From Balanoglossus misakiensis (Eukaryota > Animalia > Hemichordata): 64,000 bases of DNA. The notes under the pieces were generated by a model that was not told the DNA's origin, did not search any database, and saw only the letters and a program-made list of their open reading frames with translations. The translations under genes were made by a program, and so were the position numbers. The first letter of the stretch is position 1; each line of letters starts with the position of its first letter. Shown one piece after another: positions 41,446 to 55,886 of the stretch. The stretch is from contig CM082594.2 of assembly GCA_040954595.2 (NCBI GenBank), forward strand, positions 9,986,296-10,050,295. Reading direction: 5' to 3'.

Positions 41446-44400
41446 CTTCTTAAACCTGCAAAGATATCCATCAAAAATTGGTGTAAGAGTTGTAAATAAA
41501 GACATCTAACCAATTTCACACATTGAGCAAATGTTTTTGATTTGCAGAGTTCGACAACAACAGTTGTGAGCTCTACAACATCACTTCCGCATAATGTAAA
41601 ATTAATACCCTTATCAAACTGTACTTGGTCGTGGTGGAGTGACCTCATCAAAATTTTACGCCACATTAAGTAATGAAAAATAATGCTTTTAGAGTTTGTT
41701 CTAGACGAGTCCTTAAAAACCCAGATATAGCAGTATCATGGAGCTTATGTAAACCTCACAATGGCCGGTTGCTTGGTTTGTGGCTTTTGAACAGCACGCG
41801 GGACAATAAAATCTTGACATAAAAAAAGTAGAGGGGGCAATCTTAATCTTTATCCCTGAACCCCGGTGCAACCAAGGCAAACCACTTCGTCTTTTTACAA
41901 AGTTTATACACGATATAAATCCCTTGCAAGACCCTTCAGAGTGACCTTGAGGAAATGGGTTTACACTGACGTCAATGCAACTACATAGCTGCCGCTCATA
42001 GTTCAGTGCAGTAGCTTATCTGTTGCTGGCGGCAGCTTTATGAATATCACACTAGCCATCTTATGATTTCCACCTTGGCGGCTTTTCATCAAAGTAGAAT
42101 GGCTGGTGATATGATCTGGTGTTGATAGCATCATTACAGATTTACTTTACGACTGGCTTCACTTATTATTTTCATATCCATAATATTGTGTGACCTTTGT
42201 GAACGAATTACATGCATTTACGCCACGCCACACACAAATAAGAGAATCACAATTTATTGGGTACCCCACATTCAATCAGAACACAACTTTGCCACCGTCA
42301 TACATAATTCAGCAGAAATGAAACATTTTCACCACCATGGTTTGGTTCATCTCTATCTATATAGAAACGTTAGATTTCAACAGAGAAACAATTCTATGAA
42401 AGAAACCAGGGTCTCCAATGAAGATAATACTACAGCCTGATTTTAATATCATACCTGAGTCTGTCCAGATGACAGTGATACAGTCATATCTCAGGAATGT
42501 CAAAATGAGTGTAATACCTCTCATTTCTTTATCTCTAAAAAGTCTGCTTCAATAAATATGCTTATTTCTTGCGGGACTGTCATGTTGCTAGGATACAGAC
42601 AATTATGATCAAAGATGATTTATATGTCTGTGTGAAGATATGACATCCATATTAAGGCAGACCTGTACACCACAAATGATACAAGACTGAAACACTCTAG
42701 TTAACCAAGTTGGAAAGACATTTTCTACACTTAACTGTGAAAAGCACTAGATGGATAATTGCTTCCCGATTGAGCAATGCATTGATTCGCCTTTCAAAAC
42801 TTAAAAGGGTTTTTAATCAATGAATCAGGATTCTTGTAGTGCGACTAGAACACTTTGAGAGCTGCTCCACTTCCTGTGAAATATCCCGAGATTTTGCGTC
42901 AGGGAAATGCTGACACGATAATAACAGTCTACACTCCCTCAATGTACAGGATATGTGTATGACCTTTCTGACTGCAGGGTCACAACCTTCCTTTCTGCCA
43001 TCCGTCAGAAATGTAGTTAATTGGATTTGCGATGGCCTTCCCTTTGCCAAACCAAAGACGTTCTATGTTGACTCGGGCGCTACATATACATGTATACATT
43101 CACTCAAATGTGCATCCCAAATGTAAATTTTGAAATTCTACACAACCTTCATGGTCACCCATCTGTGCCTAGACATTACTGCCAAACAGACTCAGAAAAT
43201 CCTGACTTGAAGTACAGTCAACCCGCGTCTTGTAATACATGTAGTGGGCCAACTGTTTGTCTATTACATTCTCGTTGAACACCAGTATAGGTAACAACAT
43301 CATGGCCGCCCACGAAACCAACACCAACGAATGTCAAACACACACCTGAATAGCCATTTACCTGAGAGACTCTATGCAATACCTGGTGGGTTCCAGTGCG
43401 TCGCATCTCACAGCTGACTCGTTTGATGACACCGAGACAAGAAAATTAGTTTCTGTTGTGTGTGGATGAAAAATGGGCCGTGGGTGAGGCAAACATTGAC
43501 CTGATGTTGTGAGGACAGACTGAGTCACTGGATAGCTGCCCCCGACTTCCTGACAGTGTTTGGATTTGTACAGACCACAGACATCAGAAACAATCAATAT
43601 CAAGTGCATGCAATGTACATGCATTAGGAGAAAAACACACACACCAAAGCTTGTGTCAAGGTCAAGGTGCTCATAGGTTACACTCTCTAAACAGTTTTAG
43701 AAGTACTTGATTTCCACCACTACAAATGTATAATGTAAATTTCACAGTGCAATGACTGTCACTATAGCAACTAATGCATTTGAACTTGAACTGACAATCT
43801 GAATGCGTTGAAATGTTACTTTAACCCCTCGGAGGTTGAATCCAATACTTCCCCAAAATTTGGTGTACATGATGTTATACTTTATGCAGAACAGACAATG
43901 TATAAACAGTGCATGACACAGCAAATGATAGGCAGATATTGAGTCTTGAATACAGCCAGTGTATTGGTTCTTAAGCGATTCAATAAATTCTGATGGTGTA
44001 ATACAGAAGATAATAAAGTAAGAAAGTGACAGCGCATGGAGATGTGTACGAATGAACGTGATCTCTCATACTAGTTGAAAGCCAGGCTGCTATGTGATGC
44101 CATGCAAATGAGTCGACTCGATTGAGCTGTCTCAAGTTGCGTGGAGATAATTTCTCCAGCGAGTGTCACATCACAGTATATGCAGCTTGAAGCTGTACAC
44201 GATACAAGCGCTGCGCCAATTACACAGATACATGGCAACTTCTTAATCAAACTCAGTCAAGTGTCGGCGATTCAAATTACTGCAATCCTCTGAGGTTTTT
44301 CCGCGATCGCTCCCAGGGAAATTGCCACTCAAAGCGGCGATCGCAGGCACTCGTACCCAATTATGTCATCAAAATGAGAAACTAACAACCCAAAATGAAA

Positions 44401-45151
44401 TGTATGTTCATAATTTCTGGTCTGCCACTGTGCAATTATTTCTGAATTTCTTTTCAAAACCACTCAGCAAGGAACACCTGATCCACATTGAGAACATAAT
44501 AGACAACCCACAATGACATTACCTGGGGTCTTATTTACATAATTTCTACCCTGGATCTGACCCAATACCACAAAATACAATATTTGCATATCTTCCCCAG
44601 GGTCAGGATATTGAATGAACGTAACACATAACAGTATGGAACCGGTTACAATATAAGATATAACCAAATTATAATAACACATTGCAAATATCACAATAAG
44701 TCTAAAACTATTTAGAATTTTGTAGGTTTGCAAATTGCTCATTTGATATGGGAAACAGAATTATCTCACAGTGTGCTATGAACTGCCCAGCCCTCATTTT
44801 GAGTACAAAAATCTACATTTCACAGAACAAGAACCTATAAACTTCTGATTATTCAGACTCTGCAACATTAGTCATATCACTTACAACATCACACTGGATA
44901 CTGATACTATGAAGACTTCCACTGAATGACAACTAAATGGACTGTAACTTCATCCATTACACGTCCATCAACACGTAATCAACTTAGTACAAATTGTATC
45001 AGAATTTTCACTTTCCAAACCTACAAATACCGATGCTTACAAAATTGATAGATACAATTACTGTAGTTGGGTGAGTCATCGAACACAAGGCTACAGTCAT
45101 TTGGAAGAGGGCAGAGAGGACATCAGGTGACCCAAGGTTCCTGATGAGTTT

Positions 45152-45271
45152 TACAGTACAGTACAGTACAGTACAGTACAGTACAGTACAGTACAGTACA
45201 GTACAGTACAGTACAGTACAGTACAGTACAGTACAGTACAGTACAGTACAGTACAGTACAGTACAGTACAG
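45152..45271. repeat. Perfect pentanucleotide microsatellite (TACAG)24
   Basis: Seen directly. It produces the spurious VLYCT-repeat ORF. Confidence 0.97.
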
Positions 45272-48200
45272 AACAGTAGCCAGTGGTTTGTGGTAAATGT
45301 ACTCATTCACCAACATAAGTAGACTCCTTAACAAAACTGTGATGGTAGTTTATTTTGTGTGACCTGTCTCAGTCTCTGAATAAATTTTCCATTTCTCTCG
45401 CTAAAAGCCGTGCCAAACTGCCTAAGTCTAAGACTAATGTTGAAGCCTGGGGGTCACTACTTTTTACGCTAGATTTCATCAATTTCCCAACCCTCGTACA
45501 CAACACAGTCCAAGGTTCTGGTAGGCTTCCAATCAGTCAGCAATGCCGCTATCATTATTTCACCGCAGTTATGGCCAAAGCCCCAAGATGCCACTTCACA
45601 GTTAGCAGAAGAACAAGCCATGACACATCGCATTACCATTGCCGGCATAATTCTACGGAAATCAAACCCATGCGGTTATACTTTACAATGCGGCGGCATC
45701 CTTTCTATGATATGATATACACACCAGGTCAGTTAACTCAACCAAGAAAATATGCCTTCTTTCTTCCGCCGACGTCCTCCTTAGAATAACAATATCTTCT
45801 TCAGTAAATACGAGGGACATCTCACATGTGGATTCAACCAGGCAATATGTAATGAATGCACTTTCTATGCAAACACTGAGCAGCAGCTTGCAAACAGACC
45901 GGGAAATTGATAAGTTATCGGAGGTGGGCAATATTTCATCAGTTAGAGCAAATACGGTCTGACGTCACAGTTTTTCTCATGAATGGTGGTGTCCATGAAA
46001 TACAACTTTACAGTACCAAAAATGGAATTTCTGTTATGTTTTAATGAAGTAAAATCTCAGAATTTGAAAGGTAAAGACTTCAGGGGGTTAACTGACTGTT
46101 AACTCGCTCTCCAATCTGGCCAATCAGATTTCCCCTAGCGCCCACATGACCCACTCAGGACAGATTCAACTCTGTATCACCTATACACTTCAACAGAATG
46201 GATGAAGACAGATAGTATGTCTGTGTTGGTAATTTACTCCGTTCAGACTTCGCTGGATATGCATAATTTAATTGATGGGAGATTTCTCTCTTACCTCTGG
46301 GCTATGCTGTGTTAGAGCATGATATTGATTAAACTCTGTGAGCCGTTGGGGTATGCAATACCGTCGCTGGAAAATTGGTTCTGCTTGCAAGACACCTGTG
46401 TACACTTTCATGCAAAATTACTTGAAGTGCTTTAGTTTATACGATGATGCAAGGCACATTTAACTTCAAGAAAAAACACATCATTTACCTTTCTGTACGC
46501 CCATATTTACTAAACATGTGTTTAAAACGGAAAGCATATTTTATACAATACTATTTATAGCCACCATATTTGTAACCTGCATTTTTGACTGTGAGAACAC
46601 CAACTGCAGCTATCAAACAAGTCACAACATGAAGGGTTTCATCAGCTGTAGATCAGGGACACGCAGTCAGACACAGACGGACAAAAAATCACATTCCAGA
46701 TCACCAACTTTCAATTTGACACTTCAATTATCTTTTCAAATATTAATCTCATGAATATATGCAAACAGTGATAATGCATATTTAAAAACAATGCTATTAT
46801 TAATTTAAACTTGTATGAATTTCTGATTGATGAAAATTTCTGTGGGGACATATCAGTTTCAATTTTTTATCTTATAAAACAATTGTCAACTACCATGAGC
46901 AAAAGATAAATCAATATATAACGCAAAGGGATATTTCAATGCAATCAATCTTCACCATCTGTGTGCCACACACAAAGCTGAAGTAAGTCCATTTCAAATC
47001 ACAAACGAAATAACTATGTCTCTAAGACCCCAACCAACTTATCACTAGACATTACTGATCGCTAGTGTGGTTGCCATGGAAATGTTACATTATGCAAATA
47101 CCTCCTAGGTTTGCTTAAAAGGTGAATAATTGACTTCCACATGAAGTGAACTTTTTCCGTGTCACAATCTACTGGTTCCGAATTGAGTCATTTTGACATG
47201 TAGTACATGAAGAGTAAAATATAAGGGACAGTTTTTTGTTAACAGTAACCAGTGCAAATACACTCCACTTGGAAATTCACAATCTGACACTAATTGTACT
47301 CCTCTTCCCCCCACGCTACTCAACTGCACACACCATTCAGGAAATAAAGGTCAAGATTTCCAGCCTAGATAAACACCATCAATGTCATAATGAAGTTCAC
47401 CAAGTGTTTACCTGCAGAGAGACTCTTTCATGTGTGGAAGTGTGACTGTGATAATGCTCTATATGTGTACATTTCTTCACCCACACCAGTTGGTTTTATG
47501 TAATTCCCCTGTGAGCATGTTTGTGTGTTAGCACGTTCCAGCAACATTTGCACCTACTGGCAACTTTGGGCTGTCTGCACACACCTAATGAACAGGTATG
47601 CCAACAGAAGAGAATAAGACTTTGTAATGGGAATGACTCAGTGCAAATCCTGTCCTTAATTCCCTGAGGTCAAATGAGTCCAGCTAATCTTATCACCGGA
47701 TTCGATCAGGTTATTCGCTGTTAAAAGGTGCAGATTTTCCCATTTTCCAGATGGAAGACTGCATTGTGGTTGTATGGTAACAGAGTGCAGCCCACTATTG
47801 TGTTTGATTTCCCTATGATTGAGTGCACGCAGAAGAAAGCTACTTCACGTGGATGAAACGATGCTTTCAAATGCTACATAAGAATGGGCGAACAATACTG
47901 TGGAAGCGAAGTGTAGCTTTGTCAGGAAGCCAGTGAAAAATTGCCTTCAGTATACAGAACACAGTTTTCTGGTCAGTATAGCAAGACATGCACATAGTAC
48001 ATATTTACTTGGACGAGTCACTATTTTTTTCTGGCACAATCTTGAATTTCTTAAGACTCTAACGAAAGTATAAATCTTAATCAAGTGACATAGTCTTAAA
48101 AGACTGATGCTCTCCCTTAAGATTTGTTGCATCCAGATTACAGAATGATATTAACTTACACAGTGCATTATCGAAGAATACCTTCAGGTGAATTTACACT

Positions 48201-51200
48201 CTTGTCCACGTCTGAGTGATCTCAATTTCACAATCTGCTTTCTATCTTTCTTTCAGTTTCCACACTGTCTTTTTCCCCAAGTGGGAAGATGCATCTTCAT
48301 CTTGTGAAAGTGTCTACTGCTGGAACTACACATGGCTTCTCGAGGCTTTGAGGTATCTTATTTTCATGCAAGACTAATAACCTGCAAGTACAGAACACAT
48401 TAACAACCACTTCCATCTCATTGCTGAAATGTCTTTTATTTTGAACTACTCTTTTGCATTTAACTAGCATTTTTATGCAGAACTCTTTGTGAAGATACTC
48501 CTGAACCAACCAACCAAACAACTCATCAAAACCATCACATCAAAGAAGAGCTACAGAGTGAGAGAGAAATTTCCATCCACTGGGTACGCTAAATCAACCC
48601 AGCACAGTCTTTAATTTACGACTTGTGTAATTAAACGAAAGAGGTGTACTGCCTTTATTTTGATGGAACGACACGAGAAGATGGATGACATAATAAATGT
48701 GCTCTCTCACAGGAAATGTGGCTGCTAGGTATAATTTACCTGTCTAGAACATCATCACAACCGAGGAATCTAAAATGAATAAATTTGTTTTTGAGACACA
48801 GTGAGAGAAATATGAACTGATAATGTACATTTATTGCTGATCATAAATTCATAAAATACTCGACAGGAATGAGAAATTCTGAAAGATGAATTGACACAGC
48901 AGAAGTCTGCTAAGACTGATCAAATGATAATTGCTGTTGTGCTGTGCTGCACATCACTTGTTTTGAATATCACACGGATGTGCCATCTGAGACGACTATC
49001 TGGTAAATCTCCCTAACCAGGCGGCAACAAAGACCACAAGCTGGTCTGAAAAGCCAGGATATAGTCTTGCTGTAAAGACGGAACTTCCATTGAAAATTGT
49101 GATTAAATTACACTGAAGGACGAGGCACCTGGATGAAGAAGGATGCAATCACCGTAGCATCTCGCATTATATTGCAGACCAGACGTCTGGGGCAAAAGAT
49201 GAAAAAAAATACAACAGTGGCCATTGAGACAGTACCATCTGATAAAATGTGTATTAAATTGACAGTGCTTTTACATTGTATCTTTAAAAGGTGGGATGAC
49301 AGCAAAGAATAAAGACGAGAAAAATAAAGCAAGCCATATTACCGAAGGTAATGGAGACTCTCGGTAATCAATATTGCATGAGTTGTTGGATAACAAAGAA
49401 ATGGTTTAATACTGATGAAAAATTTCACTTAAATGAGGCAATTCATCGATGTAGATGACATGCAAGTGTCAAAAGGGTTTAAGATGGTCATTATTTCCAT
49501 ACAGGTCAACAAGAAAAAGCTCTAAAGTTAAATGGTACACTATTATAAGAGCACACCTGCTTCAAACATGAGACGTCGGCCATATTGGATTTAGCAGGTA
49601 ATGATCAGTATGTATGCATCCACCAAGGCAGCCACTTTCTCAAGGGCTTTCCAGGGGTTACAATTAGTCTTATCTTTCTCAAGTTTCCATAAAGTTAATG
49701 TGGTACACAATATGGCAAAGTAAAACATGTTTTCTGCCATGAAGTTGATGCAATGAATAGGAAATGTGTCGTAATTTATTCAAATGTTGAGGGACAGTTG
49801 TCAAACCAATACTCTCATGTTTGTTGTGATAATATTGAACATTGTATGATTTACAGGCAATGGTCTGATGATGGCATAACTTTATTGGTACTAGTAGATT
49901 AAAACCAACCCTGGCCCTAGATATATTATTCAATATAATTTCTGATTAAACAGGCACACTGCCATGATGTAATTGACTGAGAGAATAACTTGGTTCCACC
50001 ATATATTCCTAAACCAACCATTCTTTCTTTACGTTCATTCCATTGGGTTTGCTTCACATATTCACTCAGTTGACACAATAATTTGATAAGCTATCATTAC
50101 AGTTGGACCCTCGGATGGTTGTCGATTGAATTAGCTGCCAGTGCTGTACATGTAGCTATTACAAGGAAAAAGCAGCAAATTGCGCGAGAGTAATCAACAT
50201 GAAAAGTGCTCTGAACTACATGTATAACCTCAAAACTAATGCATTAGAAGGAAAGTGAGAACAGGACTCCTGTGGGAGGTGTGCTAATTAATAGCAATCT
50301 CATGAAGTAGACATTTCAATAATCAACAATCTTACCACAGACACCTTCACATCCATGCATAATGAGTTCATGGTATGCTTGTATACCGGGTATATTACTG
50401 GGCGACATCATGTAAAAATATGGTGCAGGACTAGGACTAGTTTCCATTTCTCACCAAAAATATATACACTCTTGTACCAGCCATGATAACCAGTGCATAC
50501 ATGTACATGTATGTGGTACACTATTCGGCAATGTTTATCAACATTTCAAAATACATGATGATGTACATTGTACGCATCTTGCATGTCTTGATACATGTTT
50601 GCCCCTGGGTAATGGCTTGCCATGCTATGTTACAAGCCAGAGATGAAATCCTGAAATCTGTTCTGATTTTAACAAGCCGCGTAGCAGAGGTATTGGCCTT
50701 ATTTGTGCAGACTGTTCTTTTTTGTTGTTGCCGAATTACCACTCTGAAATGTCAACCCCCCAGAAGATATTTTCTTTGATGAGCCTTCATCCTTGATCAG
50801 TTCCACCAGGCTCCCCTGCCTGCAAAGCTATGTTCAAGTACTTTGCCGCAACAGTCCCGCCAAAGGGGCAATGATATGGTTCTGTCTGACTGAACAGATA
50901 CACAGTAACAAACAGTGGGAACAGTAGCCGGCATCATATGCCAGCGTTGTGCTGGAGGGCATAACCGATGAGATATTGCCAATTTGCGGGAATCCGGAAC
51001 GGCAGCCAATACAGACATGAAAACTTTGCAGTTAGCAGTGCGTTCAATATTGGTGCATGTCTCCATCTATCACGTCCCGTCTGAAGGGGTAAAGGTTGTC
51101 AAGAGATGGATGACAACCATCTAGTTTGGCTCCCCAGTTTCCTAATCTCACTGTCAAATGAGCACTGACATTTGGTCCTTCTCACACACTTAACTGTAAT

Positions 51201-54200
51201 TGCTCCATTCTTTGATTATTGTTGTACATGTTGCCTTAACCTTTTAAAACCCCTATTCTGCGGCAATTGTGAAATAATAGAACTCATTCTTTGGTATGAC
51301 TCAGGTACCCTTTCATCACAAACACTCTGATTTGCAGGCAGACACATTTCCAGAAATCTATTATGTAAATCAGGATCATGGCCTTTCACATAACACATTT
51401 GCATTTTACTAGATGGACTAGATGAATTGTAGAACACAATCTGCTATTAAAGAACTTTGGATGCCACATGTAACATGGCATAATCTGTTGCAAAATCAGA
51501 GTGCCTGTACCCCAGTAATTCTTGACTTTCATGAACAGCACATAACCGTACATGTGTGCCGTCCAAATTAATAGGATTCTGATATTAATGCCAACCTGAT
51601 TGGTACTCAAAGAAGTCTTGACGCCTACCAAAGTAATGTTCAGGTCTTACACAGGAGTCTTAACTGCAATAACCTATAAAGTCTAAGTCAGTCTTTAAGA
51701 ACAGAGACACCGGCAAGAGCTCTATGGTGCCAGAGTTGCTGGTGTTGGACTGAATTTCAGATCAGAACGTCACCGGTGTAAGTGCGAAAATCTTCTGGTA
51801 AACCGATTTGTATTATCAGGGTTGAGATGGTCGAAATCCCTCAAAATTACGTAGGATTTTCTTGGACTTGCCACAGAAGTTTGATTCACGAAGTATAATT
51901 TTCATATCATCCTCAGGGTAACTTTTGTAGCTCTGGATTCCCCATGATGGCCCTGTATGTTTTATATGGGAAAATATATGCAGGCTCTTCGCAGTTGATC
52001 AGCATAAAAAGGTGAACATAACATGGTCAGACAGCCTCTGCAGGGACTTTCCTCAACCTTTAAAAAGGGCCCATCGATCTTGTCAGAGTCCACATGTACA
52101 GAATACAAATCGGCAAACATTCTCCGAAGGAAATACCTCCTTGGGTAGTTTAAAGTAGCTACAAATGTGCTTAGATGTCTGCCACTGTAAGTCAAAGAGA
52201 CTGGCGAAGTCTTGCTTTCATGCTTTCTGTTTGGTGAAGATACTGCTCACGTCACTCACAGATCGCCGTCGCCAGAAAAATTGACGTCGAGATTACATGT
52301 GAATGAATTAGTCATTAAAATAAATCAAGTTTTACAATCTTCTCAAAATTATCTGTTGGAAAACCTCAAGGTAAAAACACACACAGGCTGCAACATTCTT
52401 GTCTTTTCAAAAGTAACAACATGTATAAATTTACCATCCCATTGGATTTTCAGTTCTTGCAAGAAACAGCAAGAAATTGGATTAACCATCATACATGCCG
52501 TATATTTGTAATTAGATTAGATCGAATCCTTCTCGTATGCCTCAAAATATTCGGAGAAATTTAGAAAATAGGCTGGTCAGTATTGATGCTAATTGAGTTG
52601 ATGGTGGAGGCAGACATGGCGGCTCCTATTTATTGTGACTTGGAACATCATCGTGAATAATAAGCCTGTTTAAATTTATGGGCTGTCTTCCCGCTTTCTT
52701 GCAGGCAAATCTAATTTCAGAATAGCTACTGAGATATTTGAACGCTACACAGTTGTGAAATCAGATGTTACACGTGTAGTAATTACTAAATTCCATATTG
52801 GCTGCCAATTTGAATAGAAAACACCTGTTTGGTAACACCTTACCCGGGCCCTCCACTACGGAGGCAAAATGACAAACAACATCAAAGAGCAGGAAAGATG
52901 GAGCATCCCTGAAGAATAAAACAAACAAACGCACAATTTTCATATTTTTGTTCACCAAATCACTCTAAGACCAATATGGTAACTCCTTGAAGTGACAATT
53001 GGCCATAGCAGGTTTTTTCTCTGTAAGTATTTGAATAATTTTCAAGTTAACCATTCCAGAAATATTAAATAGGACATCCATGCACTGAAAAATGCAGTAA
53101 TTAACTGTTCTTATTAGGACATGAATACCAGTGTACACATACCATCATCTGCATAATTACTTTTTTTAAATATCAATGCTTTAATGAAATAGCCTTGAAA
53201 AATTGTCAATGCATAAATCAGAGGTTGGTTAATGACTATGAAGGAGTAATTGTCAAATTTTGGCACAAACTCCGGAAATTATCTCCTGTTATAATTAACA
53301 GAGTTCAGAGTTTCAAGTAACCTTCTCGAATGACTCGTCCAGAAATTATATACCAGAATAACACTGCATTCAGGGTATTCAATTGTGCTTAAAATGGAAC
53401 ACATGTGATATTTTTAACTTACATGTAATGACAGAATTTCATGATACTTTGAAACGGCTTGGAGTTTGATGTGTGAGAGTTATTAATAAATGAAAATTCA
53501 ATTTCCACTTTAATCACTTTGATTGATTTTTGTTTGGTATGTGTAGACTGAGCACCGATACGTTTAATACTAGACAAGGTTTCCTAAATTCTAAAAATAC
53601 TTGGATGATTCAGTTCAATGTACAATGGTTTAGTAATGAGTCTAGCTGGTTTTCATAATTTTGAATTACTTGTTTCGTATTAAGTGTATGTATAGTGGTT
53701 ATTAACTATGTTTCATGGCAGTACAGTTAAAACGTAGGGCTCAGAGCTTGTTTTTCAGGAAATTCTATGCTGTCAAACATCAAACACACCCTGATTGTGA
53801 TGGGAAAACATTCCAAATACTGCACTGTACCATCTGGGCAGGACTCTTCATTTACATTATTGGAGACAGTCTGCCGGCTGCTATGAGTACTTATCATGAA
53901 TCAAGTCTGGATACTCTACAGAATACACACAAATCGTACGGCACAATACTTCAAAGCGCAACAAGACTTCAACGATAGTCTCATTGAAACCTTTTTACAC
54001 TTTATCGGATGCATACTGAAATATGTGACATCCAGTTGAGCATACAATGTATGGGGCCATCTTGGAGTAAAAACCCTTCTCAAGTAACATATATATTATT
54101 CTGTTCAAAAGAAAAGGTCACAATTTTATCATCAAATCAACATAGGAGTATTCACCATCTAGCAATAAAGAAACCTACACCTATTTGTATTGAGAACATC

Positions 54201-55863
54201 TGCCACAGCATACTACAATACAAATTCTATTTATGGTCCCTATATCATATTTTAAAATGCCAAATGTATTCTGCATTAGGGTCATGAAAATGGCACAAGA
54301 GGTAAGCGCAGGACATGCAATTGTTCTTTTTTTGTCCCGTTCCAGTGATCATCTGGTACCATATTGAAACGATAACGGTATGATTGTGTCAAAATGACTA
54401 CATTTGTATTGTACGTTAGGATAATTCAATACATTGTGGATGTGTGCGACAAAATCTCTATCTTGAAAACATCATTATTCTCACAGCATCATTATGACAG
54501 TACATTGCTTAATCTCTGCACGAACCCAGTGAATCCAAAAGATGATATCTAAAGATGTGTTGCTTGCTACATCTACATGTATGTACGTAAATTGGTGTGG
54601 TAGGTCTGGGATCGAATCACGTAAAATTCAAAACGATTTTCTGTCATTTTGTACCCTGGATATACTGCTGCCTACCAGTCAGCCTTTTGAAACGGGTGTT
54701 CCTGAGGCTCTTTTGCAGTGAAATTACAATAACTACAATGTACCATGTACCTTTCATCAAAATGTCAAACATAAAGCCCTGATAATAACGAGGAACACGC
54801 CCATTACATGTGAACTTATTTCATTCTTTCTTTGGGGAAGGTCAGCCCATTTTATCATACATGATTGTTCAACTGGTATATGGCAGGTACATGTATGCCA
54901 TTCAGATGTTTCAGTACAGTTTCCACTCCCCAATCTTGTGCCTCATAAAGTTCAAAACCTTTCCACACTGCCATGGGCTTATCATCATGACCAGTTGTAA
55001 ACTAGAAATCCAACAAGTGGTTAATTAGAATTGGATCAGTTCAATTAGAGAAAATTAAAAAATGATCTCAACCGTGACAAAAATTTTTTTTACCATCAAT
55101 GAATTTTATCACAATAATACGAATAGCCATATTTATGAACAATATTCTCATTTCAAAATATATTTGATGATGAATGTTTGTACTTTTCAAAATTTCATTT
55201 CACATGAAAAACTTTGAACAGGACTGCATTCAAAAATATCTTGGGTCAAATGGTTTAGTCCAGGTGATCATTATTTTCGTGTGGCGTATGTATGTTAATC
55301 GTTTCTATTTTCATTTTAGGTGAACCACACCCTATGGATACCTGACACAGGACTTAACCATTAAATTTATTTTACAATTTCACTTGGAGTAAAAACTTCA
55401 TCAACCAAATCCAACTACCGGTAGATATTACATATTTTCTACTACATATTTTCCCTGTAAAGTTTGGGTATACATTTTATTTTGATAAATTCATGGCCAG
55501 TGAGGCTTTGTCAGCAATTAACATGTAACCCCAGACATGACAGAAAATCTATTTTTATCAAAACACTACCATCAGTTCGACCAATGTCAGCCACAATGGA
55601 TGAATTCATCAGAGCTGAAACTCCAGCATGCAGAAAGCAACATTTTTCCTTCTTTGAGTCAGAGCCTTTTAAAAACTTGAATATACAGAATTTACATAGT
55701 TTTAAAAACATGTTTTGGACTACTACATGTAACACAAGTAAGAAAGTAATACTTTTCATACATTTTACAAAATACAATTTATGAAACTATTCTGGTGTTT
55801 CTCGCTGGCTATACCCAGCATGTATTATTTAACGTTCTAAAAAGTCACCTTATATGAACCTAC

Positions 55864-55886
55864 CTCACTCGTTTTGGAGGCTTCAT
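55864..55886 (-). CDS. Candidate alternative APC first coding exon (MKPPKRV)
   Basis: caaaATG AAG CCT CCA AAA CGA GTG AG|gtaggt. The phase-2 donor joins in frame to the acceptor at 41455 (G TTT AAG AAG ATG). Confidence 0.35.

Noticed and set aside
45008-45334. ORF with VLYCT repeats
   Set aside because: It is the translation of the (TACAG)n microsatellite.
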